A stretch of 64,000 bases of DNA from Flavobacterium sp. Lineage in GTDB: Bacteria; Bacteroidota; Bacteroidia; Flavobacteriales; Flavobacteriaceae. The stretch lies in assembly GCA_029946065.1 (NCBI GenBank), contig JAQSDU010000004.1, positions 35,201-99,200 of the forward strand, read 5' to 3'. The notes beneath the pieces were generated by a model. That model ran no database searches, was not told the origin of the DNA, and saw only the letters and a program-made list of their open reading frames with translations. The translations under genes and the position numbers were made by a program. Position 1 is the stretch's first letter. The number at the start of each line of letters is the position of its first letter. Of this stretch, positions 34,565 to 43,846 are shown in pieces.

Positions 34565-36061
34565 ATGTCAATAAAATCCGCAGCTGCTAAGATTTTCGCC
34601 AAAAGGATTTTTGATAAAACCCAAAAATGGGCCAATAATCCTGTGGCAACGCAGCAAAAAGTATTTAGAAATATAATCCGCCAGGCAAAAAAAACAACAT
34701 TTGGGAATGACCACCATTTTGCGCACATCAAAACTTTTGAAGATTTTGCGAAAAAAGTACCTGTTCGCGATTATGAAGCGCTAAAACCATACATTGAAAA
34801 AGTTGTCAAAGGCGAAGAAAATATATTGTGGAAAGGAAAGCCGCTGTATTTTGCTAAAACTTCTGGGACAACTTCTGGCGCAAAATATATTCCGCTAACA
34901 AAAGCATCTATGCCGTTTCACATCCAGGCGGCGCGCGATGCGATTTTGCATTATATACACGAAACCGGCAACGCTGATTTTGTTTCGGGAAAGATGATTT
35001 TTTTGCAAGGAAGCCCGGAATTGGATGAAAAAAATGGGATCAAACTTGGCAGGCTTTCCGGAATTGTAGCCCATTTTGTTCCGAAATACCTTCAAAAAAA
35101 CCGCATGCCTTCTTGGGAAACCAATTGCATTGAAGATTGGGAAACCAAAGTTGATGCGATTGTAGAAGAGACTTTTAACGAGAATATGACCGTTATTTCC
35201 GGAATTCCGTCTTGGGTGCAGATGTATTTTGAAAAGCTGAAACAGAAAGCAGGAAAACCTGTCGGCGAACTTTTTAAAAACTTCAACCTTTTTATTTATG
35301 GCGGCGTCAATTATGAACCATATCGCGCCAAGTTTGAAAATCTTATCGGAAGAAAAGTCGATAGCATTGAGTTGTTTCCGGCTTCAGAAGGATTTTTTGC
35401 CTACCAGGATTCCCAGAAAGAAAAAGGAATGCTGTTGCTTTTGAATTCTGGGATTTTCTACGAATTCATAAAATCTGACGAATTTTACTCAGAAAATCCA
35501 AGGCGATATACCATTGGAGAAGTCGAATTACAGGTCAATTATGTATTAATCATTTCCACGAACGCCGGACTTTGGGCCTATAATATTGGCGACACTGTTC
35601 AATTTACGACGCTGAAACCGTATCGCGTCATCGTGTCGGGAAGAATCAAACATTATATTTCCGCTTTCGGGGAGCACGTTATAGGAAAGGAAGTAGAATG
35701 TGCATTGAAAGAAGCAATGGAACACACCAACATCCGTGTAAACGAATTTACCGTTGCGCCGCAAATTACACCAAAAGAAGGATTGCCGTACCACGAATGG
35801 TTCATTGAATTTGAAAATGAGCCCGAAAATTTTTCCGCTTTCGCGGAAGCCATCAATGAAGCCATGCGGAGGCAAAATGTATATTATGACGATTTGATTG
35901 TTGGAAAAGTATTGCAAAATTTAGTCATCACCAAAGTACCAAAAAACGGTTTTCAGGAATACATGAAATCGATTGGAAAATTGGGCGGACAGAATAAAAT
36001 TCCGAGACTGTCGAACGATAGGAAAATTGCCGACGTGCTAACTTGTAAAAATGAGATTTAA
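34565..36061 (+). CDS. GH3-family (JAR1-like acyl-adenylate-forming) protein
   Basis: 498 aa. FAKTSGTTSGAKYIP (the adenylation P-loop of the GH3 family) and YNIGDTVQF are present. It starts 2 nt after the M23 stop. Confidence 0.8.
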   Translation: MSIKSAAAKIFAKRIFDKTQKWANNPVATQQKVFRNIIRQAKKTTFGNDHHFAHIKTFEDFAKKVPVRDYEALKPYIEKVVKGEENILWKGKPLYFAKTSGTTSGAKYIPLTKASMPFHIQAARDAILHYIHETGNADFVSGKMIFLQGSPELDEKNGIKLGRLSGIVAHFVPKYLQKNRMPSWETNCIEDWETKVDAIVEETFNENMTVISGIPSWVQMYFEKLKQKAGKPVGELFKNFNLFIYGGVNYEPYRAKFENLIGRKVDSIELFPASEGFFAYQDSQKEKGMLLLLNSGIFYEFIKSDEFYSENPRRYTIGEVELQVNYVLIISTNAGLWAYNIGDTVQFTTLKPYRVIVSGRIKHYISAFGEHVIGKEVECALKEAMEHTNIRVNEFTVAPQITPKEGLPYHEWFIEFENEPENFSAFAEAINEAMRRQNVYYDDLIVGKVLQNLVITKVPKNGFQEYMKSIGKLGGQNKIPRLSNDRKIADVLTCKNEI

Positions 36062-36938
36062 ACTGCATATATCGCTTTTGCTGCTGCCTTTTTTTGTTCT
36101 GGCGCAAACGCCGGTCAAAGGAATTGTAGTTGACGAAGACGGAAACCCTGTGCCTTATGTCAACATTTGGGTTGCAAATGAAAATTCAGGTGCAACAGCC
36201 AGTGCCGAAGGCGTTTTTTTAATCAATGCAACTGACGGTAATAAGCTGCTGGTTTTTTCGGCAGTTGGATTTGAAACCAAAAAAATCGCCGCCGCTGCCG
36301 CGGAAAAGGTAATTTTAAAACGGGCGATTTTTGCACTCGAGGAAGTGGTGTTGCAAAAACCCACCGGTAAAAACCCACTTATAATTGACGCTTACAAAAA
36401 AAGCGACGTCAATTTAAACTACGGATGCGGGAATAGAACCCCGTGGATGCTCGCAAAATTTTTTGCGTATAATGATAGTCTTTCGGCGACGCCATTCTTG
36501 AACCGACTGACCATCATGACCGAATCCTTTAAAAACAACGTGACATTTAATTTTCGACTGCTTGAAGTGAATGATGACGGGAGTCCAGGGAAGGATTTAA
36601 CCACCGAAAATATCATCGTGAACGTCAAAAGAAGTGGCAAGAAAAATACCGATGTTGATTTGACGCCCTACCGGCTGAATTTCCCTGAAAAAGGATTTTT
36701 CGTTTCAGTAGAATTCTTGATCATCGAAAGCAATAAAACCATCTTTCAGATGAAAGGGAGCAAAGAGAAGACGGACGGTTGGGATCCGTCGTTCGGCGCG
36801 CTTCCTTCTGAAAAGGCACTAACATGGAAGTATAGCGGCGGAAAATGGGTAAAAATGGGTAAAAGAAATGAAAAAGTTCCGCCAGACTATTTTGATAAAT
36901 TCGCTAATCTGGCCATACAACTTACACTTACGAACTGA
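36051..36938 (+). CDS. Secreted CarboxypepD_reg-domain protein, paralogue 1 of 3
   Basis: 295 aa with a signal peptide ending FVLAQ. GIVVDEDGNPVPYVNIWV...FSAVGFE is a carboxypeptidase-regulatory-like fold. The C-terminal ~200 aa are unassigned. It overlaps the GH3 stop by 11 nt. Confidence 0.6.
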   Translation: MRFKLHISLLLLPFFVLAQTPVKGIVVDEDGNPVPYVNIWVANENSGATASAEGVFLINATDGNKLLVFSAVGFETKKIAAAAAEKVILKRAIFALEEVVLQKPTGKNPLIIDAYKKSDVNLNYGCGNRTPWMLAKFFAYNDSLSATPFLNRLTIMTESFKNNVTFNFRLLEVNDDGSPGKDLTTENIIVNVKRSGKKNTDVDLTPYRLNFPEKGFFVSVEFLIIESNKTIFQMKGSKEKTDGWDPSFGALPSEKALTWKYSGGKWVKMGKRNEKVPPDYFDKFANLAIQLTLTN

Positions 36939-37870
36939 TGCGACCAATCCTGATTTTATTTTTGCTAGTAAATTTTATGGCTGTTGCACAAATTAGCGGA
37001 ATGGTTACAGACAGCATTTCGGGAAAACCGGTTTCGTATGTGAATATCATAGTCGAAAATACACCAGAAGCCGCTTCTTCAGACGACCAAGGAAAATTTA
37101 AAATAGCCGCAAAAGGGGACCAGATTTTAATATTTTCGGCTGTTGGTTATAAATCTATAAGAATTAAAGCTTCAAACACAGAAAAGGTTTTGCTTGCGCC
37201 AGTTGTGTATGAACTCTCTGAAGTAAGTATAGGAAAACCAAAGCAAACCATTTCAAAAATTTTAAGTGACTATAATCGCAAAGATATTGATCTGTATTAT
37301 GCTATTGGCGATCAGCCTTATATGTGGGCGCGCTATTTTCAGGTTTCGGATACGCTTTCAGAAACGCCTTATTTGAAAGGATTGACAATTGCAACCGAAT
37401 CAAAGGTTAAAGGCGCAAAATTCAATGTTCATTTTCTAGAAGTCCAATCTGACGGCACTCCGGGAGCCGAGATAGCGCAAACAAATATCATCGGCGTCGC
37501 CAAAAAAGGGAAACGAGACACTTATATCGACCTTTTACCTTTTAAGATACAAGTTCCGGAAAACGGTTTTTTTATTGCTTTGGAAGCCTTAATCGTTCCT
37601 GAAAACCGCTCGGTAGAATATGCCTATACTGACAAAAAAGGAATTTTCCATGAAAACTTCTATTACTCACCTGCTTTCGCAACCACCCGTTCAGAAGACA
37701 ATACTTCTTGGGGATTTAGGGAAAGCCACCAATGGGGCATATTCAAAAAAGTTTCGCAGGAAAGAATTCAGAAATATTATGAAGATTTTAAAAGAAGTAC
37801 AGGAAAAGAAGCGCCCCCTTTTGACGAACGGAATGTTCAATTTGCAATGAAAGTTTTGGTAACGAATTGA
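36938..37870 (+). CDS. Secreted CarboxypepD_reg-domain protein, paralogue 2 of 3 (most divergent)
   Basis: 310 aa. GMVTDSISGKPVSYVNIIV...FSAVGYK is present. Its ATG overlaps the stop of paralogue 1 by 1 nt (TGATG). Confidence 0.6.
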   Translation: MRPILILFLLVNFMAVAQISGMVTDSISGKPVSYVNIIVENTPEAASSDDQGKFKIAAKGDQILIFSAVGYKSIRIKASNTEKVLLAPVVYELSEVSIGKPKQTISKILSDYNRKDIDLYYAIGDQPYMWARYFQVSDTLSETPYLKGLTIATESKVKGAKFNVHFLEVQSDGTPGAEIAQTNIIGVAKKGKRDTYIDLLPFKIQVPENGFFIALEALIVPENRSVEYAYTDKKGIFHENFYYSPAFATTRSEDNTSWGFRESHQWGIFKKVSQERIQKYYEDFKRSTGKEAPPFDERNVQFAMKVLVTN

Positions 37871-37925
37871 ATTAATTTTGTAAATTATTGATATACAATA
37901 AGTAAACAATCGCCTTAGCCAACTA

Positions 37926-38801
37926 ATGAAAAAAATTATCATCTTCTTTTTATTCATCAAATTTTCACTATCTGCCCAGGTCAAAGGGATTGTTATTGAT
38001 AGTCAAGGCAATCCGGTGCCTTATGTTAATATTTGGGTAGAAAATGAAAATAACGGTACTACTTCAGAAAAAAATGGTAGTTTTTCTATCAATCTCGAAG
38101 ATAAAGCCAAAATGTTGATTTTTTCGGCAGTGGGATTTGAAAAACTAAAATTAAAAGCATCCGACGCAGAAAAAGTAATTTTAAAACAAGCGGTTTTTGA
38201 ATTGGACGAAGTGGTCATTAAGCAACCAACCGGCGGCCAATTAATAGAAATTGGCACTTATAAAAAAAGCGATATACACTTTTATTACGGCTGCTGGGAT
38301 AAGCCATGGACGATCGCAAAATTTTTTTCAAACAATGACAGTATCGGTGCAACATCATTTATAAAAAAGATTACGATAATGTCAGAATCCTATAAGAATA
38401 ATGCTACTTTTAAGGTAAGACTATTTGAAGTTAATGATGACGGAAGTCCCGGAAATGATCTGCTTGGCGAAAATATTATCGTAAAAGTAAAAAGCGGCAA
38501 GCATAACAATGAGGTTGATTTGACGCCATATAAAATTATATTTCCGGAAAAAGGATTTTTTGTTTCTATAGAATTTTTGATCATCGAGAATAATAAATAT
38601 GAGGTAAAAATGAAAGGACTTAAAGGCAAAACGTATACTTATCAGCCATCGATTGGTGCCGTTCCATCAGAAACTGCGACGACCTGGCGAAATTTGAGCG
38701 GCACTTGGCACAAAATTCAAACAAAAGCCACCAATAAAAATCCTGAAGCGTACTATGACAAATTTGCGGATTTAGCAATAAAACTAACCTTAACCAACTA
38801 A
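37926..38801 (+). CDS. Secreted CarboxypepD_reg-domain protein, paralogue 3 of 3
   Basis: 291 aa. It aligns closely with paralogue 1 (EVNDDGSPG, EKGFFVSIEFLIIE, the ending KFADLAIKLTLTN). Confidence 0.6.
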   Translation: MKKIIIFFLFIKFSLSAQVKGIVIDSQGNPVPYVNIWVENENNGTTSEKNGSFSINLEDKAKMLIFSAVGFEKLKLKASDAEKVILKQAVFELDEVVIKQPTGGQLIEIGTYKKSDIHFYYGCWDKPWTIAKFFSNNDSIGATSFIKKITIMSESYKNNATFKVRLFEVNDDGSPGNDLLGENIIVKVKSGKHNNEVDLTPYKIIFPEKGFFVSIEFLIIENNKYEVKMKGLKGKTYTYQPSIGAVPSETATTWRNLSGTWHKIQTKATNKNPEAYYDKFADLAIKLTLTN

Positions 38802-38814
38802 AACAGAAAAACCA

Positions 38815-38822
38815 TACATTTG
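38815..38822 (+). promoter_or_regulatory. Candidate -7 box TACATTTG
   Basis: Matches TAnnTTTG and lies 21 nt upstream of ATG 38843. Confidence 0.45.
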
Positions 38823-38842
38823 CAGGTTAGAAAATAACATTA

Positions 38843-40534
38843 ATGAGAGAAATTAAAAACATTTCGCGTTCCAGGGCGCAAGAATCGTCGGCAGCTATCG
38901 AACGATTGTACATTACCATCAGACATTTATTCAACCGCGGTTTTTATAAACCAATGGGTATTTCAGGCGAAACTTTACGCGAAGCATTGTTGTCATTAAG
39001 ACCTGAAATTTACGGCAGTATCGCCGAAGAAAAAGTAGAATTAAGCGGACTTTTATATGTCATAGAACGCCTTCCGACAGGAATTGAGGAATGTCGTTTT
39101 ATCAATTTAACTTCAGATGAAGGTTATTCGAATTCGCATTTCAAGGCAATCATTCCGCCAAAAAGAAGAAGAAACTGCTACCGCATCGACGAAGAGCAGA
39201 TGAATGTTGAAATCACCAGAGGAAGATCGGACATTTACGATATTTTGACGCATTTGACTTTTATTTTCATCGAATCGCATAAAATAAAAAACCGCGTATT
39301 GATTGACGACAGTGGCGAATTATCGCGCGATTGGCTCAAGATGGAACAAGCGGTAATGGGCAACAAAAAATTGCCGCTGATCGAGAAGGAAAAAGCCATT
39401 TCGCACGCCGCCAATATTTTAGGAAGAACATTTGCAGAAGTTTCGGCGATTTATGATGACTTCGGAACGGCTGATCGTCCGGATAGATTTTTGCACATCA
39501 TTTATTGGTTGGGAAAATTGGCGATGGAAGAAATCCTCGAAAACAACAAACGCACGATTACTTTCAGTCCGATTTTAAGAGAAAGACTCGGCCATCATAT
39601 CCACGGTGAATTTTGGGCGACGAACATCAAACAGGTTTTGAAGGAAAACGAATTGCTCGACCGACCAATCCACATCATCAGCGCAAACATGCACAGCGTG
39701 ATGAACTCGCTTTTTGCTACACACGTTCACAAGGCAAAATACAAAGATAAAAGCGATTTTTTTGTATTTGAAGAACTCAGCAAGGCCGGCGCACACGATG
39801 TTCGAAATAAAGTGGAGGAATTCGCCCTGCAACACGGGATGATTTCGCTTCCGGATACCTCGGGAACCAATATTGATGTCCAGATTTTTGACACGGCAAA
39901 AATCGATTGGCAAAAATCTGCTTTCCCGAATGTAAAGCCGGATGCTAGTGCGCCTGTAATAATCGTTATGGATTATGCGTTTGGAGAACAAGCTTATGAA
40001 ACCATTGACGAATTGCTGAAACCATTCCAAGAATCAAAAAATAAGAAGCATTTCTTGAATGTCGTTTCTGTTTCAATCATGGGAAAAGCGGGAATTTTAG
40101 AAGGAGGAAAAGGCGATATTATGATTCCGTCGGCACACATCAACGAAGGCACAGGAGATAATTATCCTTTTGAAAATGAACTCAATGCGGAGATGTTTGA
40201 AGGCAATGGCATTCCAGTTTATGCAGGCCCGATGGTTACCGTTTTGGGAACTTCGTTGCAAAACCGCGATTTATTGAAGTTTTTCCACGAATCTACTTGG
40301 GGCGTGATCGGACTTGAAATGGAAGGTGCCTATTATCAGAAAGCGATACAATCGGCATCAAAAATCAGGAAAAGCATTAATCCTGATGTGAAAGTGAGAT
40401 ATGCGTATTACGCTTCGGATAATCCTCTGGAAACCGGAAGCACATTGGCATCGGGAGGATTAGGAACGACAGGGGTGAAGCCTACGTATTTGATTACCAT
40501 TAAGATATTAGAACAAATTTTTAACGTAAAATAA
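38843..40534 (+). CDS. Unknown ~370-aa N-terminal region fused to a nucleoside-phosphorylase-superfamily (PNP_UDP_1-like) C-terminal domain
   Basis: 563 aa. The C-terminal SIMGKAGILEGGKGDIMIPSAHI...GPMVTVLGT...VIGLEMEGAYY resembles the AMP nucleosidase / MTA nucleosidase catalytic core (G-x-G-D ... [DE]ME[SG]A). No N-terminal family was recognised. Confidence 0.55.
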   Translation: MREIKNISRSRAQESSAAIERLYITIRHLFNRGFYKPMGISGETLREALLSLRPEIYGSIAEEKVELSGLLYVIERLPTGIEECRFINLTSDEGYSNSHFKAIIPPKRRRNCYRIDEEQMNVEITRGRSDIYDILTHLTFIFIESHKIKNRVLIDDSGELSRDWLKMEQAVMGNKKLPLIEKEKAISHAANILGRTFAEVSAIYDDFGTADRPDRFLHIIYWLGKLAMEEILENNKRTITFSPILRERLGHHIHGEFWATNIKQVLKENELLDRPIHIISANMHSVMNSLFATHVHKAKYKDKSDFFVFEELSKAGAHDVRNKVEEFALQHGMISLPDTSGTNIDVQIFDTAKIDWQKSAFPNVKPDASAPVIIVMDYAFGEQAYETIDELLKPFQESKNKKHFLNVVSVSIMGKAGILEGGKGDIMIPSAHINEGTGDNYPFENELNAEMFEGNGIPVYAGPMVTVLGTSLQNRDLLKFFHESTWGVIGLEMEGAYYQKAIQSASKIRKSINPDVKVRYAYYASDNPLETGSTLASGGLGTTGVKPTYLITIKILEQIFNVK

Positions 40535-40542
40535 AAAAAGCA

Positions 40543-41523
40543 ATGAGTACAGAACCAAAAAATATTTCCACCGATCAGGAAATAGATTTGTCACTAATTT
40601 CTAAGAAAGTCGGCGGTCTTTTTGAATCGCTTTCAACGCGTATATTTAAGGGATTTCTGTTTTTCAAAAGAAATATAGTCATTGTTGGAATTTTGTTTGT
40701 TCTAGGCGCAGGAATCGGATTTTATCTGGATAAAACGAGCAAATCGTATGACCATCAGATCATTGTTGCACCCAATTTTAGTTCGACCGACTATCTCTAT
40801 GCAAAGATTGATCTTTTGTCATCAAAAATCAACGAACAAGATACGGTGTTCTTAAAAGAAACAGTCGGTATCAAGAATCCAACAAAACTGAGCACGCTGA
40901 AAATTAAACCGATTATAGATGCTTATAAATTCATTTCTAGTAGCGATAGGAATTTTGAATTGATCAAACTAATGGCTGAAGATGGTGAAATGAAAAGTAT
41001 CTTAGAAGACAATGTAACCAGCAAAAATTACCCTTACCATATTATTTCATTCAAAAGCAGCGCTCTAATTTCGGAATCCGGAACGGTAGCGCCAATATTA
41101 AAATACCTGAATGATTCAGAATATTACAGGAAAATACAAGCAGCGTCACTTGAAAACACCAAAATCAAGATGGTGAAAAACGATTCTATTATAGCCCAAA
41201 TTGATGCTTTTCTGAACAGCATTCCTAAAAGTGCGAACACACAAAAGAACGGCAGCTTGGTTTATATGAGCGAAAATACACAATTGAATGATGTTATAAA
41301 AACCAAGGATATGTTGACGAATGAGCAAGCCAATCACAGAATGGAACTTATTAATCTTGATCGGATAATTAAAGAAAACAGCACGGTAATCAATATAAAA
41401 AACAGTGGTGCATTGAATGGAAGAATGAAAATAATTATTCCGTTTTTATTTATTTTCTTTTTTATAACTTTCGTTTTTTTACGCTCCTATTACCGCTATG
41501 AAATGGGCAAACTCAACAAGTAA
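40543..41523 (+). CDS. Wzz-like polysaccharide chain-length determinant (PCP) protein
   Basis: 326 aa. It has one TM near the N-terminus (IVIVGILFVLGAGIGFYL) and one at the C-terminus (IIIPFLFIFFFITFVFL), with a helical periplasmic region between. It heads a glycan locus. Confidence 0.55.
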   Translation: MSTEPKNISTDQEIDLSLISKKVGGLFESLSTRIFKGFLFFKRNIVIVGILFVLGAGIGFYLDKTSKSYDHQIIVAPNFSSTDYLYAKIDLLSSKINEQDTVFLKETVGIKNPTKLSTLKIKPIIDAYKFISSSDRNFELIKLMAEDGEMKSILEDNVTSKNYPYHIISFKSSALISESGTVAPILKYLNDSEYYRKIQAASLENTKIKMVKNDSIIAQIDAFLNSIPKSANTQKNGSLVYMSENTQLNDVIKTKDMLTNEQANHRMELINLDRIIKENSTVINIKNSGALNGRMKIIIPFLFIFFFITFVFLRSYYRYEMGKLNK

Positions 41524-41529
41524 TCTAAG

Positions 41530-42387
41530 ATGAAAGGAATAATATTAGCCGGAGGCTCCGGAACTCGCTTACATCCACTGACTCTTGCCGTCAGCAAGCA
41601 ATTGATGCCAATTTATGACAAACCGATGATCTATTATCCTTTGTCCACTTTGTTATCTTCCGGCATTAGTGAAATCTTAATTATTTCTACACCACACGAT
41701 TTACCATTGTTCAGGCTATTGCTTGGCGATGGATCACGGTTGGGCTGTCGGTTTGAATATGCGGTGCAGGAACATCCTAACGGACTCGCAGAAGCTTTCA
41801 TTATCGGAAAAGAATTTATAGGAAAAGACAAAGTAGCATTGGTATTAGGCGACAATATTTTTTATGGAACAGGCCTATCAGACTTGCTTCAGGCGAATAA
41901 CGACCCCGATGGCGGCATTATTTATGCCTATCATGTGCATGACCCTGAACGCTACGGCGTCGTTGATTTTGATGCTGATGGTAAAGTGCTTTCGATTGAA
42001 GAAAAGCCGCTGGAACCCAAATCGAATTATGCCGTTCCCGGTATTTATTTCTATGACAATGATGTAGTCGAAATTGCCGAAAACATCAAGCCGAGTCACC
42101 GTGGCGAAATTGAGATTACCGATGTCAATAAAGAATACCTGAAACGCGGAAAACTCAAAGTCAGTATCTTAGACCGAGGAACTGCCTGGTTTGATACCGG
42201 AACATTCAATTCGTTGATGCAGGCTTCCCAATTTGTCCAGGTCATCGAAGAGCGCCAGGGGCTTAAAATCGGCTCTATCGAGGAAGCCGCTTTCCGAATG
42301 GGCTTTATCAATGCAGAACAGTTGCAAACGATCGCACAACCGTTATTAAAAAGCGGTTACGGCAAACATTTGTTAGATATAATTTAA
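41530..42387 (+). CDS. rfbA: Glucose-1-phosphate thymidylyltransferase
   Basis: 285 aa with [34 protein letters not shown] and YGVVDFD. Confidence 0.95.
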   Translation: MKGIILAGGSGTRLHPLTLAVSKQLMPIYDKPMIYYPLSTLLSSGISEILIISTPHDLPLFRLLLGDGSRLGCRFEYAVQEHPNGLAEAFIIGKEFIGKDKVALVLGDNIFYGTGLSDLLQANNDPDGGIIYAYHVHDPERYGVVDFDADGKVLSIEEKPLEPKSNYAVPGIYFYDNDVVEIAENIKPSHRGEIEITDVNKEYLKRGKLKVSILDRGTAWFDTGTFNSLMQASQFVQVIEERQGLKIGSIEEAAFRMGFINAEQLQTIAQPLLKSGYGKHLLDII

Positions 42388-42394
42388 TCTGTTT

Positions 42395-42946
42395 ATGAAT
42401 TTTATTCCAACAAAACTCGACGGTTGCTTTATCATTGAACCCAAACTCATTTATGATGAAAGAGGCTATTTTATGGAGAGTTTTAATGAAAACACTTTTC
42501 AGCAAGGTGTCAATCAACAAGTACATTTTGTTCAGGACAACCAGTCGTTTTCTACCAAAGGTGTTTTTCGCGGATTGCATTATCAGACCGGAGACCATGC
42601 GCAAGCCAAACTCGTAAGGGTTTTGCAGGGCGAAGTTTTGGACGTTGCGGTGGATATCCGTCCGGAATCTGAAACTTTCGGGCAGCACGTTTCCATTGTA
42701 TTATCGGGAGAAAATCAAAAGCAGTTTTTTGTTCCGAGAGGATTTGCTCACGGATTTTTGGTTTTGAGCGAAACGGCGACTTTTTTTTATAAATGTGATA
42801 ATTTCTACAACAAAGCATCTGAAGGCGGCATTATTTACAACGATGCAACGCTGAACATCGACTGGCAGTTTTCGGAATCGGAATTAATTATTTCCGAAAA
42901 AGACCAAATCTTGCCCACCTTAGAAAACGCAAAAAAAGCATGGTAG
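42395..42946 (+). CDS. rfbC: dTDP-4-dehydrorhamnose 3,5-epimerase
   Basis: 183 aa with DERGYFMESF, RGLHYQ, AKLVRVLQGEVLDVAVDIR and VPRGFAHGF. Confidence 0.95.
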   Translation: MNFIPTKLDGCFIIEPKLIYDERGYFMESFNENTFQQGVNQQVHFVQDNQSFSTKGVFRGLHYQTGDHAQAKLVRVLQGEVLDVAVDIRPESETFGQHVSIVLSGENQKQFFVPRGFAHGFLVLSETATFFYKCDNFYNKASEGGIIYNDATLNIDWQFSESELIISEKDQILPTLENAKKAW

Positions 42947-43791
42947 TTGTAGTTACAGGCGCCAATGGACAATTAGGACAATCGTTGCAGTTTATTGCTC
43001 GAAATTATCCGGAAATTACTTTTGTGTTCTGTACCTCGGAAGAATTGGATGTTACCGATAAAACTTCAATAACAGCCATTTTCAATCAAAACAAACCTGA
43101 TTACTGCATCAACGCGGCAGCATACACGGCAGTCGATAAAGCCGAAAGCGAACCCGAAAAAGCGCATTTAATCAACGTTACCGGAGCCAAAAATCTTGCT
43201 GAGGTTTGTCGTGATTTTGATACTGTTTTGCTTCATATTTCGACCGATTTTGTTTTTGATGGAAATTCAGAACAACCCTATACAGAAGAAGATATTCCTA
43301 ATCCGACGGGCGTTTACGGACAAACAAAATTAGACGGCGAAAAAGCGGTTCAAGCTACTTTTGACAATTATTTCATCATCAGAACTTCGTGGGTTTATTC
43401 GCAGTTTGGCAATAATTTTATGAAAACAATGCTGCGATTGGGAAGTGAAAGAGACACACTTTCGGTTGTAAATGATCAGATTGGAACACCAACAAATGCC
43501 GTTGATTTAGCCAAAGCGTTGGTTTTAATAATGAAGTTCAATACCCAACACCCAACACCCAACACCTTTGGAATATATAATTTTTCCAATGAAGGTTCTT
43601 GCAGTTGGTATGATTTTGCAAAAAGAATATTCGAAATCAATAAAATAGAAATAGCTTTACAACCAATCCCAACTACAGCTTATCCTACACCAGCAAAAAG
43701 GCCAAAATATAGTGTCTTGGATAAAAATAAGATAAAAAGTGTTTTTGGAATAACCATAAAAGACTGGGACGAAAGTTTAAAAAAGCCGTAA
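42940..43791 (+). CDS. rfbD: dTDP-4-dehydrorhamnose reductase
   Basis: 283 aa with VVVTGANGQLG, NAAAYTAVDKAE, YGQTKLDGE and PAKRPKYSVLD. It overlaps the rfbC stop. Confidence 0.95.
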   Translation: MVVVVTGANGQLGQSLQFIARNYPEITFVFCTSEELDVTDKTSITAIFNQNKPDYCINAAAYTAVDKAESEPEKAHLINVTGAKNLAEVCRDFDTVLLHISTDFVFDGNSEQPYTEEDIPNPTGVYGQTKLDGEKAVQATFDNYFIIRTSWVYSQFGNNFMKTMLRLGSERDTLSVVNDQIGTPTNAVDLAKALVLIMKFNTQHPTPNTFGIYNFSNEGSCSWYDFAKRIFEINKIEIALQPIPTTAYPTPAKRPKYSVLDKNKIKSVFGITIKDWDESLKKP

Positions 43792-43846
43792 TCGATTTTT
43801 ATCTTTAAATCTAGCATGCGGATTATGAGTTCAATAGTATCCTTTA

